Made by a program: the position numbers and the translations under genes. Below are positions 17,748 to 26,534 of a stretch of DNA of 64,000 bases, piece after piece. The notes under the pieces were generated by a model. That model was not told where the DNA came from. It saw nothing but the letters and a program-made list of their open reading frames with translations, and searched no databases. The stretch comes from a virus. The stretch's first letter is position 1. Each line of letters opens with the position of its first letter. The stretch is taken from IMG/VR virus record IMGVR_UViG_3300036715_003363; one strand, given 5' to 3'.

Positions 17748-18425
17748 TTATATATCAATTTCATTATCGTCGAGATATATCTCTAGATTGTGTTGAAGTT
17801 CTTGTACAACGTTACAAAAATCAGATCCTTCTTCTATATCAATTTCGAAAACATCAGGAGTTGTTGAAAGATATGCCTGAATTTCATCCTTAATGACCTC
17901 TTGACAATACCCCATATCCTTAAGGAACTTTGTCATCTTTTGTTCTTGAGAGGCGGAAATTGAATCAACTAGTTCATCAACTGTTTCTCTGTAAGATGAA
18001 TCCGTGTAATAGAGTCCATGGCACACTTCGTGTCTTACTGTTCCCCATGCGTTCTCTGTTGCGCCAATGAGGTAGTATTTGTAGTTTGTAATTGCTGGAA
18101 CATCTTGATTATGAATTTTTAAAATAACATTGTCGTATAGATTTAGATCAGGAATGCTTTGACTATATAGACTTTCAATTGCAATAGACGGAACGTTAAA
18201 CCCAAACCAATCTGTAGGATATGTAAATGACTTTTCACCTCTTTCATGGGTGTAGAGTCTTTGATACTCTGCTATACTGAATACTTTGCCACGAATTTCT
18301 TTATATGGCGATTCGTAGTATTCCTGCACCCTACAAAACGTCATAGCAAGATCATAAGGATCCTTCATTGCACATAAAAATACAGACGGAGCAACCTCCT
18401 TGAGTTTATATTTAACTGGCTTCAT
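17748..18425 (-). CDS. Conserved hypothetical protein with HExxH
   Basis: F.RVQEYYESP; VRHEVCHGLYY; TTGCAT-N17-TATAAT-N7-ATG. Confidence 0.75.
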   Translation of the reverse strand: MKPVKYKLKEVAPSVFLCAMKDPYDLAMTFCRVQEYYESPYKEIRGKVFSIAEYQRLYTHERGEKSFTYPTDWFGFNVPSIAIESLYSQSIPDLNLYDNVILKIHNQDVPAITNYKYYLIGATENAWGTVRHEVCHGLYYTDSSYRETVDELVDSISASQEQKMTKFLKDMGYCQEVIKDEIQAYLSTTPDVFEIDIEEGSDFCNVVQELQHNLEIYLDDNEIDI

Positions 18426-18466
18426 TGCGACTATTATAGTCTCCGACTATCAACGATGCAACTATA

Positions 18467-18835
18467 TTATGATTTATATGCGATAACTGCACCTGGCGCG
18501 ATGCTAAATCCCTGTATTTGTCCTGATATTGTGAAGTTTGCAGGAAGAGAGTAATTTGCAATGTTTCCAATGGATGTATCTGTCGCCGTTAATCCAGTAA
18601 GTCTTGTCGCTGAGAGTGTAATAAGCGATGAAAACGATCCCTGAATTGAAGAAGTTCCGTCGACAAAGGTAAATCCTTTTGATGTTACAATATCATTAAC
18701 GCCATAAACTGCTCTTGCAAACATGGGTCTGTTTTGATCGTTAGTTACAGGAATCCATGAATATGTCTCCGCTATTCCGAGATTATATGTTGGTATACCG
18801 TTTCCGCCTGTTAGTACTGAAGTAAGAGTCGCCAT
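18467..18835 (-). CDS. Hypothetical late, possibly virion, protein
   Basis: Thr/Gly/Ser-rich; TAAATA 5 nt upstream. Confidence 0.7.
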   Translation of the reverse strand: MATLTSVLTGGNGIPTYNLGIAETYSWIPVTNDQNRPMFARAVYGVNDIVTSKGFTFVDGTSSIQGSFSSLITLSATRLTGLTATDTSIGNIANYSLPANFTISGQIQGFSIAPGAVIAYKS

Positions 18836-18846
18836 TGTATTATTTA

Positions 18847-19206
18847 TTAAGATTCGTTAGCCTTCTGATTGATAAGCATTTGAACCTCTTGGTCGTTGTT
18901 AAGAGCATCAAGTTCTTCGTCCGTAAGAGGTGTTCCGTCTTCATATGAAGCAGAATAGATAGAAGCGTCAGCAAAATCAGGCTTATCTTCCGGATCTACT
19001 CCATCAAGTTTAATTGAGCTGAGATCTACAGATTTACCGTTAATTTCAACACTCGCTTTTGCTTCGTTGTGACATTCCTCAGCATCAACTTCAAGAGGCT
19101 TAGTATAATCTGGGCCTGAATACGCTGGTTTTGACATCTGGATTGGCTCGCGAGGCACTGTGTCGTAAGCTTCTGAAATTAGCTTATCTGTGTTTTTATT
19201 AATCAT
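18847..19206 (-). CDS. Hypothetical acidic protein with LISEAY leader
   Basis: Probable start MINKNTDKLISEAY, coupled to stop of 19199-19339. Confidence 0.7.
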   Translation of the reverse strand: MINKNTDKLISEAYDTVPREPIQMSKPAYSGPDYTKPLEVDAEECHNEAKASVEINGKSVDLSSIKLDGVDPEDKPDFADASIYSASYEDGTPLTDEELDALNNDQEVQMLINQKANES

Positions 19207-19339
19207 AGCAAGGATCTTCAGTTTTATTTGTTTGACGCTCTTTATCACCATTACACTTACAATCAGGGCATCCATCACACTTACATCCCTTCTTTGCGTA
19301 TTCGCATTTAATTTTGTCAGATTTAATCGGAACGTTCAT
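19199..19339 (-). CDS. Metallothionein-like Cys-rich peptide (46 aa)
   Basis: Hand translation MNVPIKSDKIKCEYAKKGCKCDGCPDCKCNGDKERQTNKTEDPCYD; TAAATA 6 nt upstream; stop overlaps next ATG. Confidence 0.65.
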   Translation of the reverse strand: MNVPIKSDKIKCEYAKKGCKCDGCPDCKCNGDKERQTNKTEDPCYD

Positions 19340-19352
19340 ATTGTTTATTTAA

Positions 19353-19823
19353 TCACAGCTCATCTATTATCTCTTCAAAAGTGTTTTTTGCTCTTGATGA
19401 GAGATTGTCCTTCATTGCCTCTTGCTTTAGATACTGTACTCTTTTATTGAAATCCCACTCTCTTCTAATATATTTTATCGCTAAATCTCTGAGCTCTCCG
19501 TGAATAATATACTCCCCATTTGGCTTAGCATCCGGCCCCATAATAATTATTCCGGACTGAAGATTTACCGTTTCAAACACACTTAGTGTAATATCAGCGT
19601 CATTGCCAGTGCTATTCTTTATTGGATTACCTGTGACTTCATCTATATAATTTACTTGCAGTGTAAATGTATCAGTAATAACATCTTCTTCTGACTGAGT
19701 GTTTACTCTTTCAAGTTTTATAAATTTTACAGTTGCAGGTTTTCCGTGAATATAGCCTTCCCACGGTTTAAAAAAAGAAGGAGTATTCTCTAATAGTATT
19801 TTGTAGCGCTCTTTAAAGTTCAT
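19353..19823 (-). CDS. Hypothetical protein with N-terminal leader and C-terminal tag
   Basis: Starts MNFKERYKILLE; ends LSSRAKNTFEEIIDEL. Confidence 0.75.
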   Translation of the reverse strand: MNFKERYKILLENTPSFFKPWEGYIHGKPATVKFIKLERVNTQSEEDVITDTFTLQVNYIDEVTGNPIKNSTGNDADITLSVFETVNLQSGIIIMGPDAKPNGEYIIHGELRDLAIKYIRREWDFNKRVQYLKQEAMKDNLSSRAKNTFEEIIDEL

Positions 19824-19925
19824 CTATATTATCTTCAAATGTATTTCATCTTTCTTAAGATTGTGTCTCCATATCCAGAGATTTTTAATCGATAACATAA
19901 CAATATCTTACTTGTAAGTTATTAA

Positions 19926-20174
19926 TTAAAGAGCGCTGACATGAAAATTTAACGCTTTAAGAAACTTATCTCTATAATTTTTGATTGGTGCTGGTTGAGG
20001 TGTATTCTCCTCAACTTCCGCTTCCGTAACCGTCTGAAGACGAGCATATTCAGCATTTAAGGCTGTGAGAAACTCTTCACTAAATTGAATCTGTTTCGGG
20101 TATCTTACACGCTTAACAGTTTTCATTGTTGTAGGAAAAAAGTTTTCGTATAGTTCGTTAAAGCGTTCGCTCAT
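19926..20174 (-). CDS. Hypothetical late protein
   Basis: MSERFNELYE leader; TAAATA 5 nt upstream. Confidence 0.7.
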   Translation of the reverse strand: MSERFNELYENFFPTTMKTVKRVRYPKQIQFSEEFLTALNAEYARLQTVTEAEVEENTPQPAPIKNYRDKFLKALNFHVSAL

Positions 20175-20182
20175 ATTATTAT

Positions 20183-20794
20183 TTAAACAGTTCTAATGCT
20201 ACCTCCCAGTTTATTTACAGCTCCCATAAGAGACTCTCCACCTTTCTTTATATTTGTTGTCCACTTATTCTCTTTTTTAAAATGCTCTAATCGCGGACTC
20301 GCATAATCTGTATATTCGGCAATATTATGAAGACCTAAAAAGCGATTTATATCTTCAACCAATTCACTCTCATCTATAAATACTATATGTTCTCTGGCTT
20401 GAAAAAAACTCTTAAACGCAACAAATCGATTTGTTGCGCTAATATTATAGAGAGCTCTATACGCAGTGTCATAGATAGGGAAATATTTTGTATTGTTGTT
20501 TAATTCTTCATCCGACATATATGGTCTTCCGCCTTCAGTTGCTCTGCATGCATTAATAACAAATTCATCTTTATAGGCATCCCTTCCGTACAATTTTTTT
20601 ATTTGTTCTGCTATAAGCGTCACTACCTTTGTAGGCGTACTAATATCGTTCACGCTAATTACACCTTTTTTTGCTTCTTCACGTGTAGTGCCTGGATATT
20701 TTATCTTACTTGAAGGATCAGCGGGCACTCCGTCTTTTCCGATGAAATTATCCTCGCTCAATACCTCTGTAACAATAAAATTAAAATCGATCAT
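20183..20794 (-). CDS. Hypothetical late protein
   Basis: MIDFNFIVTEVLSE leader; TAAATA 6 nt upstream. Confidence 0.75.
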   Translation of the reverse strand: MIDFNFIVTEVLSEDNFIGKDGVPADPSSKIKYPGTTREEAKKGVISVNDISTPTKVVTLIAEQIKKLYGRDAYKDEFVINACRATEGGRPYMSDEELNNNTKYFPIYDTAYRALYNISATNRFVAFKSFFQAREHIVFIDESELVEDINRFLGLHNIAEYTDYASPRLEHFKKENKWTTNIKKGGESLMGAVNKLGGSIRTV

Positions 20795-20895
20795 ATCTGT
20801 TATTTAATCGACGTAGAACTCTTAATCATCTCTTTACGCTTCTTAGCGTTAGTAGGATTTACCTAAAAGCTTCTAAGCTGACAGTCACTCTATAT

Positions 20896-21522
20896 TTAAG
20901 AGTAAATTAATGAAGGATCTTCTTCTGTATACGGATTTCCGGTGTCTTTAATGTAGAGCTGAATCTGATCACAGCGAAGATCCGCAGGGCCCTCCAGCGC
21001 AATAACTGCAGGACAATCGCGTAGAGGAAGGAAAATACCCGAGTTCTTTTCGTATGATGTGACTATCGCCCTAAAGATATTGTCAATCTCTTCTCTGTAT
21101 TCTGGAGAGTTGTCTCTGTGCTTTCTTTTGACGAGCGGAATTTCTTTATCGAGAGGTAGATAAAAAATAATATCAAATAATTTAACTGTCTCCGCCATGA
21201 GATATTTGCAATCCATTACAAATTCATCTGAAACTTTCTTATTTGCATTAAGCCAGAGAGTGTACGCAATGTTATCAACAACGCAACGATCGAAAATAAT
21301 ATCTGTTTTATCTGACCCTGCAGCTGCTTGAGCTTCGTCAATGAGAGCGTTTAGAATGAGTCGCTGAGATTTTTCATCTCCCTTTCTATTGAGTTTTACT
21401 TTTGCATCGAGAAAGTCTCTATATGTCTTCTCAGGTTTAGAGTACATTGGCCACCTCTTAAGGAATTCTTCGATGAGAGTCGTTTTGCCGTTCGAGTGTG
21501 TACCAATAATACCGATTTTCAT
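20896..21522 (-). CDS. P-loop nucleotide kinase-like ATPase (AAA_28/NadR type)
   Basis: GTHSNGKTT, IFDRC..D...Y, FD.IFYLP. Confidence 0.8.
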   Translation of the reverse strand: MKIGIIGTHSNGKTTLIEEFLKRWPMYSKPEKTYRDFLDAKVKLNRKGDEKSQRLILNALIDEAQAAAGSDKTDIIFDRCVVDNIAYTLWLNANKKVSDEFVMDCKYLMAETVKLFDIIFYLPLDKEIPLVKRKHRDNSPEYREEIDNIFRAIVTSYEKNSGIFLPLRDCPAVIALEGPADLRCDQIQLYIKDTGNPYTEEDPSLIYS

Positions 21523-21554
21523 ATATGTTTAATTATACTACTCTGAGCTCTTTA

Positions 21555-22310
21555 TCAAACACGTAGGGCTTTGTTCCAAATCAAAAGTTGTAATCTCGGA
21601 CTAAAATTAACACCCATTGCTTTTGCAAACTCTGCAACGGCTGGAGATTTATCAATAAGTTCCTGTCTTGATCCGCAGCAAGGCATAAACCAAATACGAT
21701 TTAAGGGCACATGAATATCTTCCTTATCATCGACATATTTTTTCCAAATCTCCTCAATATCTCTATCTGAAGTGATGACAAATTTAAAGCCTGAATTTTG
21801 CTCTACATGCCAACGAAGAACATCTGGTTTATATGTTTTACTCTCTGGATCTCCATTTGTTGTTAATTTAGGAGAGGTGGTAAATGTTGCACCAACTTCG
21901 TGTTCAACCCATCCTCTATCGGGAGTTATTGTTGCATTTGTCTCGAAATCAATACGCGGCTGAAACTCGTATTTTTTTATAAATTCTTTCACAAAGGGTA
22001 AAAGCTTCTTCTGCTGTTGAAGCGGTTCACCGCCAGTTAGCTTCCAGATAGCACCGTTTTTAAGATTGTCAATAAGAAGATTATCTTTATAAAACTTAAA
22101 AATGTCCTTAAAGGAAGTTTTATTTTTAATTGACCAGGAGATAAAGGAATCACATCCATGAGGAGAATCAGGCGAAGCGAAGCTCTTGCAGGTCAAATTG
22201 CATCCCGCTAAACGAAAAAATACACTAGGTCTACCTATATGTTCACCCTCTCCCTCCAAAGTATAAAATCCGGGGCCATCATCACTTACTAACAAAAAGT
22301 CATTGCTCAT
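21555..22310 (-). CDS. queE: 7-carboxy-7-deazaguanine synthase, radical SAM
   Basis: FYTLEGEG..G.PSVF.RLAGCN, LTGGEP, ETN, SPKL, FKFV, MP, SPRLQ..IW. Confidence 0.9.
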   Translation of the reverse strand: MSNDFLLVSDDGPGFYTLEGEGEHIGRPSVFFRLAGCNLTCKSFASPDSPHGCDSFISWSIKNKTSFKDIFKFYKDNLLIDNLKNGAIWKLTGGEPLQQQKKLLPFVKEFIKKYEFQPRIDFETNATITPDRGWVEHEVGATFTTSPKLTTNGDPESKTYKPDVLRWHVEQNSGFKFVITSDRDIEEIWKKYVDDKEDIHVPLNRIWFMPCCGSRQELIDKSPAVAEFAKAMGVNFSPRLQLLIWNKALRV

Positions 22311-22333
22311 GTTTTGATTATAATCTCCTTATT

Positions 22334-22561
22334 TTAAGATTCCAGTTCTTTTTGCTTTCCTACACTTTCCATAATCGGTGTAGATGTTGTCACTGTTTTA
22401 ATAATCCTAAATTGCCATGATGGAGGATATGACTCTAATATGTTTAGAAATTGATCCTTAATGCTATCAATTGATTCTACATCCCTTTTGAATCCGTAAT
22501 CGCACCATCTATTTGATAATTTAGATGTAATCTGAATTTTGTAAGTTGTTACCTCCTCCAT
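22334..22561 (-). CDS. Hypothetical protein
   Basis: 75-aa ORF in minus-strand run. Confidence 0.6.
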   Translation of the reverse strand: MEEVTTYKIQITSKLSNRWCDYGFKRDVESIDSIKDQFLNILESYPPSWQFRIIKTVTTSTPIMESVGKQKELES

Positions 22562-22564
22562 TTT

Positions 22565-22888
22565 TTACGCTTGATTAAGATCAAGAACGCTGATATTGTC
22601 ACCAAAGCTCTTCTTAATGTCTCCAGCCCATTGATCTTCGTATCCCTTAAGTCTATCTTCTTCTGATTCATAAAATACAATGTTTTTTAATTTTGTATTT
22701 TCTCTCCTGAGTTTTTTGGCGATTTCAACTATATCTGTAATATCTTCTTCTTGCCAATAACCTCCAACGTTTACGGACGACGAAAAGAGTAGAGACTCAA
22801 TGATGAGGTTATTTTCTCTATCTGTTAGAGTTTGATTAAGAATGATTGCATCAATCTCCTCCGAGTGCTGTGAATCTGTGATGTTCAT
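22565..22888 (-). CDS. Hypothetical protein
   Basis: 107-aa ORF with leaderless promoter at 22895-22922. Confidence 0.7.
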   Translation of the reverse strand: MNITDSQHSEEIDAIILNQTLTDRENNLIIESLLFSSSVNVGGYWQEEDITDIVEIAKKLRRENTKLKNIVFYESEEDRLKGYEDQWAGDIKKSFGDNISVLDLNQA

Positions 22889-22894
22889 GTTGTA

Positions 22895-22922
22895 AGTATA
22901 ATAACTTACACACTAAGTTCAA
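22895..22922 (-). promoter_or_regulatory. Sigma70-like promoter, leaderless
   Basis: TTGAAC-N16-TATACT-N6-ATG. Confidence 0.6.
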
Positions 22923-23605
22923 GTAATTAGTTTACTATTAAACAGTTTATATATATTTTCACTGAATTTGCCATACAGGTCAATAATGATTTGCTTTCTT
23001 TGTTGATCACTTCCTACTTTATACATTTCTCTAATTTCAGAAGCGCTTATTACAGTCTTACCTTGTACTTTGAATTGCTCAACACATTCAACTGTTATAT
23101 ATCCATGTCTCGCAAAGGGATCAAGAAGATGATTACTGCCATTAACATCTTCATATCGTTTTAGATACGCAGCAGATCCGTCTTTCTTTTTTCCGTAGCT
23201 AAAGCGATCAGAGTCTTTCTGAGATAGTGCGAATATTAAAGAAGTAGAATCTGGATTATACTTTTTTGTAATTTCTATAGCTTTGTATGGATCAGAAACT
23301 TGAACTACTCTATGTCCTGGAATTCCAAAGAACTCGATAATACTAAGCTTCTCTTTAAAGCTGAATGGAGATTTTTCATTTACAACATTTGATGTAGCAA
23401 TAAATACTTCACCTTGTGTAAATCTCTTACACAGTGAGTTATAAGTTTTTGCATGCCCCTTATGAAAGGGCTGAAAGCGGCCAGGAAATATAACCAGAAG
23501 TTTATGCTCTAATTCTGTGTTAGATATTCGAGGAGCGGTAACATCGCGAACTCCAAGACGAGGGTCGCTTGTTTCCTTTAGAAAGAATGAACGAAAGTCT
23601 ATCAC
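22919..23605 (-). CDS. Cytidylyltransferase-like (HIGH superfamily) nucleotidyltransferase
   Basis: FPGRFQPFHKGH, SPF.F.EK, ISASEIRE. Confidence 0.85.
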   Translation of the reverse strand: MIDFRSFFLKETSDPRLGVRDVTAPRISNTELEHKLLVIFPGRFQPFHKGHAKTYNSLCKRFTQGEVFIATSNVVNEKSPFSFKEKLSIIEFFGIPGHRVVQVSDPYKAIEITKKYNPDSTSLIFALSQKDSDRFSYGKKKDGSAAYLKRYEDVNGSNHLLDPFARHGYITVECVEQFKVQGKTVISASEIREMYKVGSDQQRKQIIIDLYGKFSENIYKLFNSKLIT

Positions 23606-23654
23606 TTAAATTTTTCTCCTTGTAGTGGTATAATACCTTCAATTTCAGGTGATA

Positions 23655-24791
23655 TTACTTCCATGTTTTTGGTTGTGTTAGGTTGGCGCGCGAAAATTCC
23701 AAACGGTTTATTATTTTTACAGCATTTCCTATGTGATCAACTGCAACATATCCCTCAGGATCAGTAGCAACGAGATCACCATTTTCGCTTGAAATAAATT
23801 GCTTTGTTTTTACTGCTGCATTGTATTTGTTTACAAAAACCATCTTTAGTCGTTCAAGTACTTTTGTAATATGAAAAATATTCAAATAAGTTATTTTATG
23901 CTCGTTAATATCGTCAATAATTTTATTGCGTAATTCTTCTTTTTTTTGCTTACTTGAAACAGTCTTAAGTTTTTTAATATCTTTATTTGTTCTTTCCAAA
24001 TACCACTTAATAAAATCAGTAAGAGATTCTTCCGGATCATCAATAAACTTTTGCTGTCTAATTAATGTGTTGCAAAAAATACTAATTAAAGCGTAGATAT
24101 TATCAGGAATTGCATTCCACTCTGTAAGGCTTGCTGCTGATTTTATAGTGCTTGTAAGGTGTCTGACATTATTAGATTCTTCGTCTGTAAGAAGAACGTT
24201 ACCAGACACATCTTTAAAATTTGCATCCTCCATCCATATATTATCATCTTTAGGAAAGCTTGATACTGATGCACCAAATGTTTTTTTAAGCTGTGTGAGA
24301 GACGGGCCAGTATATTGTGTGTGAATAACCGCGCCGACTTTTGCGCGAAGTACCTTTTGACCTTCAGGGGAGTCTTTTGGAATTGCGTATATAATCGTAT
24401 TAGGCTTAAAGGTAATATACGTCACTGCATCACTTATAAGCTCGCCGAGTGATTTATGATCAAACATAAAGTCTCCCTGATATATTCCGTTTTTAATAAT
24501 AGTCGGAAAATACTGAAGTCCTAATTTAAGCTTGTCAACTAGGCCGGGAGCATTGCCGTGATTGCGTTGAATATCCTCTGCTGTATAATTTATCTTAGGC
24601 TCAACGTTGCCAAGACTTTTTGTTGATATGAAAAACTTTCTATTTTCAGGATTAATACCACATATGAATGCCGGAGAATTATGTATGAGAAAGGATGTTA
24701 CTCCTGTATGCACATAAAAATTTTCCGTTAGTGTAGTGATATCACATTCAGGGTATTTTTCAGTTAAAATTTTAACGCTTTTAATTCTCAT
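23655..24791 (-). CDS. C-terminal fragment of KxDG ligase-like protein (DUF6267-like) with split-intein IntC
   Basis: MRIKSVKI...ENFYV...LIHN|SPAFICG; then FF.STKS, GIYQGD, F.PNTI.Y, PEGYVAVD. Confidence 0.85.
   Translation of the reverse strand: MRIKSVKILTEKYPECDITTLTENFYVHTGVTSFLIHNSPAFICGINPENRKFFISTKSLGNVEPKINYTAEDIQRNHGNAPGLVDKLKLGLQYFPTIIKNGIYQGDFMFDHKSLGELISDAVTYITFKPNTIIYAIPKDSPEGQKVLRAKVGAVIHTQYTGPSLTQLKKTFGASVSSFPKDDNIWMEDANFKDVSGNVLLTDEESNNVRHLTSTIKSAASLTEWNAIPDNIYALISIFCNTLIRQQKFIDDPEESLTDFIKWYLERTNKDIKKLKTVSSKQKKEELRNKIIDDINEHKITYLNIFHITKVLERLKMVFVNKYNAAVKTKQFISSENGDLVATDPEGYVAVDHIGNAVKIINRLEFSRANLTQPKTWK
24678..24791 (-). mobile_element. Split intein C-part (38 aa)
   Basis: Block F/G ending HN followed by Ser+1. 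Confidence 0.85.
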
Positions 24792-25179
24792 TAAGTGTAC
24801 TTATTAAATCTTTACAGTATGTCTTTATAAAGTAATCACTATCCATATTACCTTTTATATTATTAACATACTTTAAACCAAAAGAAATGTTGCTTCTTCC
24901 TCCGGCAATACCAGGTTCAATGTTTGTCAAAAAACATTTTAAAATGCTGATTTTATGATCAACAGATCTTTTGTACCAGTCATTTGGATTAGCTTTTCCT
25001 CGTACGTCAGCAAATTCTATTCCTGTATATTCACAACGCGAAGGAACCTCACCTTTCTTAATTATTTCTTTAATAGTTTCTTTGGTAACCCCTTCAACTT
25101 TTTGTCTATAAACACTAAACGCTGCAGCAAACTTAGGTTTTACATTCTCTACACTCCGTTCTTTATTTATGGTATCCAT
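24781..25179 (-). mobile_element. Free-standing HNH-like homing endonuclease between split-intein halves
   Basis: CEYTG, SVDHKIS, N...KGN; overlaps IntC start. Confidence 0.7.
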
Positions 25180-25185
25180 CAGATG

Positions 25186-25485
25186 TTATGGATGTATTTC
25201 TTTTAAAATATCTATAGATGTTAAGAATTGTGCCTCAACCCATCCTCTATTTTCAGTATATACCCTATGATCTGCGGTACATTTAAATGTTGAATCATCT
25301 TCTAAAGTTATTTCAACCCACTTTTTTTCATTATTATTAATTCTTGGAAATTCAGCAACATTCCATTCGTCTAAACCGGTACTAAAATTATGAGACAAGA
25401 CTTTAATATTTTCTTTTGAATTAATAATTTTTTCGATCTCAATATGACCTCTATCTGTAATAAGCTTAGATTCGGGATGAATACA
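25186..25485 (-). mobile_element. Split intein N-part (99 aa)
   Basis: Starts Cys after KYDG; block B TxDH; ends at stop. Confidence 0.85.
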
Positions 25486-25710
25486 TCCGTCATATTTAGT
25501 TGTGACTAAAATTTTTGCATCATTATGACCTACAAAGACCTTATAAAGCTGCTCAATAATATGTAGAGCAATTTTTAGACCCTCCTCTTTTCTTGTAAGA
25601 ATTAATTCTTCAAGATGAGTAAGATGCTTTAAGACACCTTCAGATTCCTCAACGATTAAGCAGCCTCTGTAGGTATCTTTATAAAATTGTGTAAAGGCTT
25701 GAGGAAGCAT
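25186..25710 (-). CDS. N-terminal fragment of KxDG ligase-like protein with split-intein IntN
   Basis: LKHL.HLEE..., TTKYDG|CIHPESKLIT..G...IE.I; block B CT.DH.VYT..RGW. Confidence 0.88.
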   Translation of the reverse strand: MLPQAFTQFYKDTYRGCLIVEESEGVLKHLTHLEELILTRKEEGLKIALHIIEQLYKVFVGHNDAKILVTTKYDGCIHPESKLITDRGHIEIEKIINSKENIKVLSHNFSTGLDEWNVAEFPRINNNEKKWVEITLEDDSTFKCTADHRVYTENRGWVEAQFLTSIDILKEIHP

Positions 25711-25717
25711 CCATTAT

Positions 25718-25972
25718 TTAAGCAGTAGCTGATGGTGCTGGAGCTGAAATTTGTCCAGGATAAGTGTGAGTGGTATCAGGACCTGTGAGAGCTTTAAACA
25801 GATCTTCTGGATGAACTCCAAGTGCTTGAGCTGCTTGCTTTACTTTCGGATCATTAGTTCCTTGTAGAGTTGGCTTCGGAGTATTTGCTTGAGGAGCTGC
25901 CTGCGCAATAGGAGCCTGAGGAGCAGCTATATCCTCTACAATTTGCTGGTATAGTTCTTGAAAGCGTGACAT
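25718..25972 (-). CDS. Hypothetical Ala/Pro/Gln-rich late protein
   Basis: MSRFQELYQQIVED leader; TAAATA upstream. Confidence 0.7.
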   Translation of the reverse strand: MSRFQELYQQIVEDIAAPQAPIAQAAPQANTPKPTLQGTNDPKVKQAAQALGVHPEDLFKALTGPDTTHTYPGQISAPAPSATA

Positions 25973-25986
25973 GATAGTATGTTTAT

Positions 25987-26499
25987 TTAATGTAATTGAT
26001 CAACTATCTCTTCATTTGATTCAATGGATCCAGTTGGAAACGCTTTGAATCTCTTACTTCTCTTCAGAAAACTAATAAGTTCATGAGTCTTTGCAAATTT
26101 ATTAAGTTTTTGTGTATTAGGCTTTTGTGTTGAAAGTCTACCAAGAGCTGCAATTACAGTATCCGGACTATCAAAGCTTTTACATTTACACCAAGGAATC
26201 GGAAGAACTTTTAATACTCTTTCAAGACCATTGCTTGTAAATGTTTGAAGAGGACCTCTTCCAGGCTTTGGATAGATAACTAATACTTTTGGATACTTTG
26301 ATTGACACTTTGTATATCCTCCAATGAATCGTTCTAAGCAATAATGATAGAATAGCTTTGTAAAGTCCTTTGAATTACTTCTGGTCGTTTGTATGTTATG
26401 TTTCTTACAGAGCAGTAAAAGATCTTTTAGGGCACCTTCAAGTAATGGATAGTAGTCGATTGTACAAATTCTCTGTTCTGTATAATCTCTTTTACTCAT
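25987..26499 (-). CDS. Hypothetical protein
   Basis: 170-aa ORF; TTGATT-N17-TATAAT-N6-ATG. Confidence 0.75.
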   Translation of the reverse strand: MSKRDYTEQRICTIDYYPLLEGALKDLLLLCKKHNIQTTRSNSKDFTKLFYHYCLERFIGGYTKCQSKYPKVLVIYPKPGRGPLQTFTSNGLERVLKVLPIPWCKCKSFDSPDTVIAALGRLSTQKPNTQKLNKFAKTHELISFLKRSKRFKAFPTGSIESNEEIVDQLH

Positions 26500-26505
26500 A
26501 AATAG

Positions 26506-26534
26506 ATTATAGGCTGAATTTATTTACGAATCAA
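26506..26534 (-). promoter_or_regulatory. Sigma70-like promoter, leaderless
   Basis: TTGATT-N17-TATAAT-N6-ATG. Confidence 0.7.
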
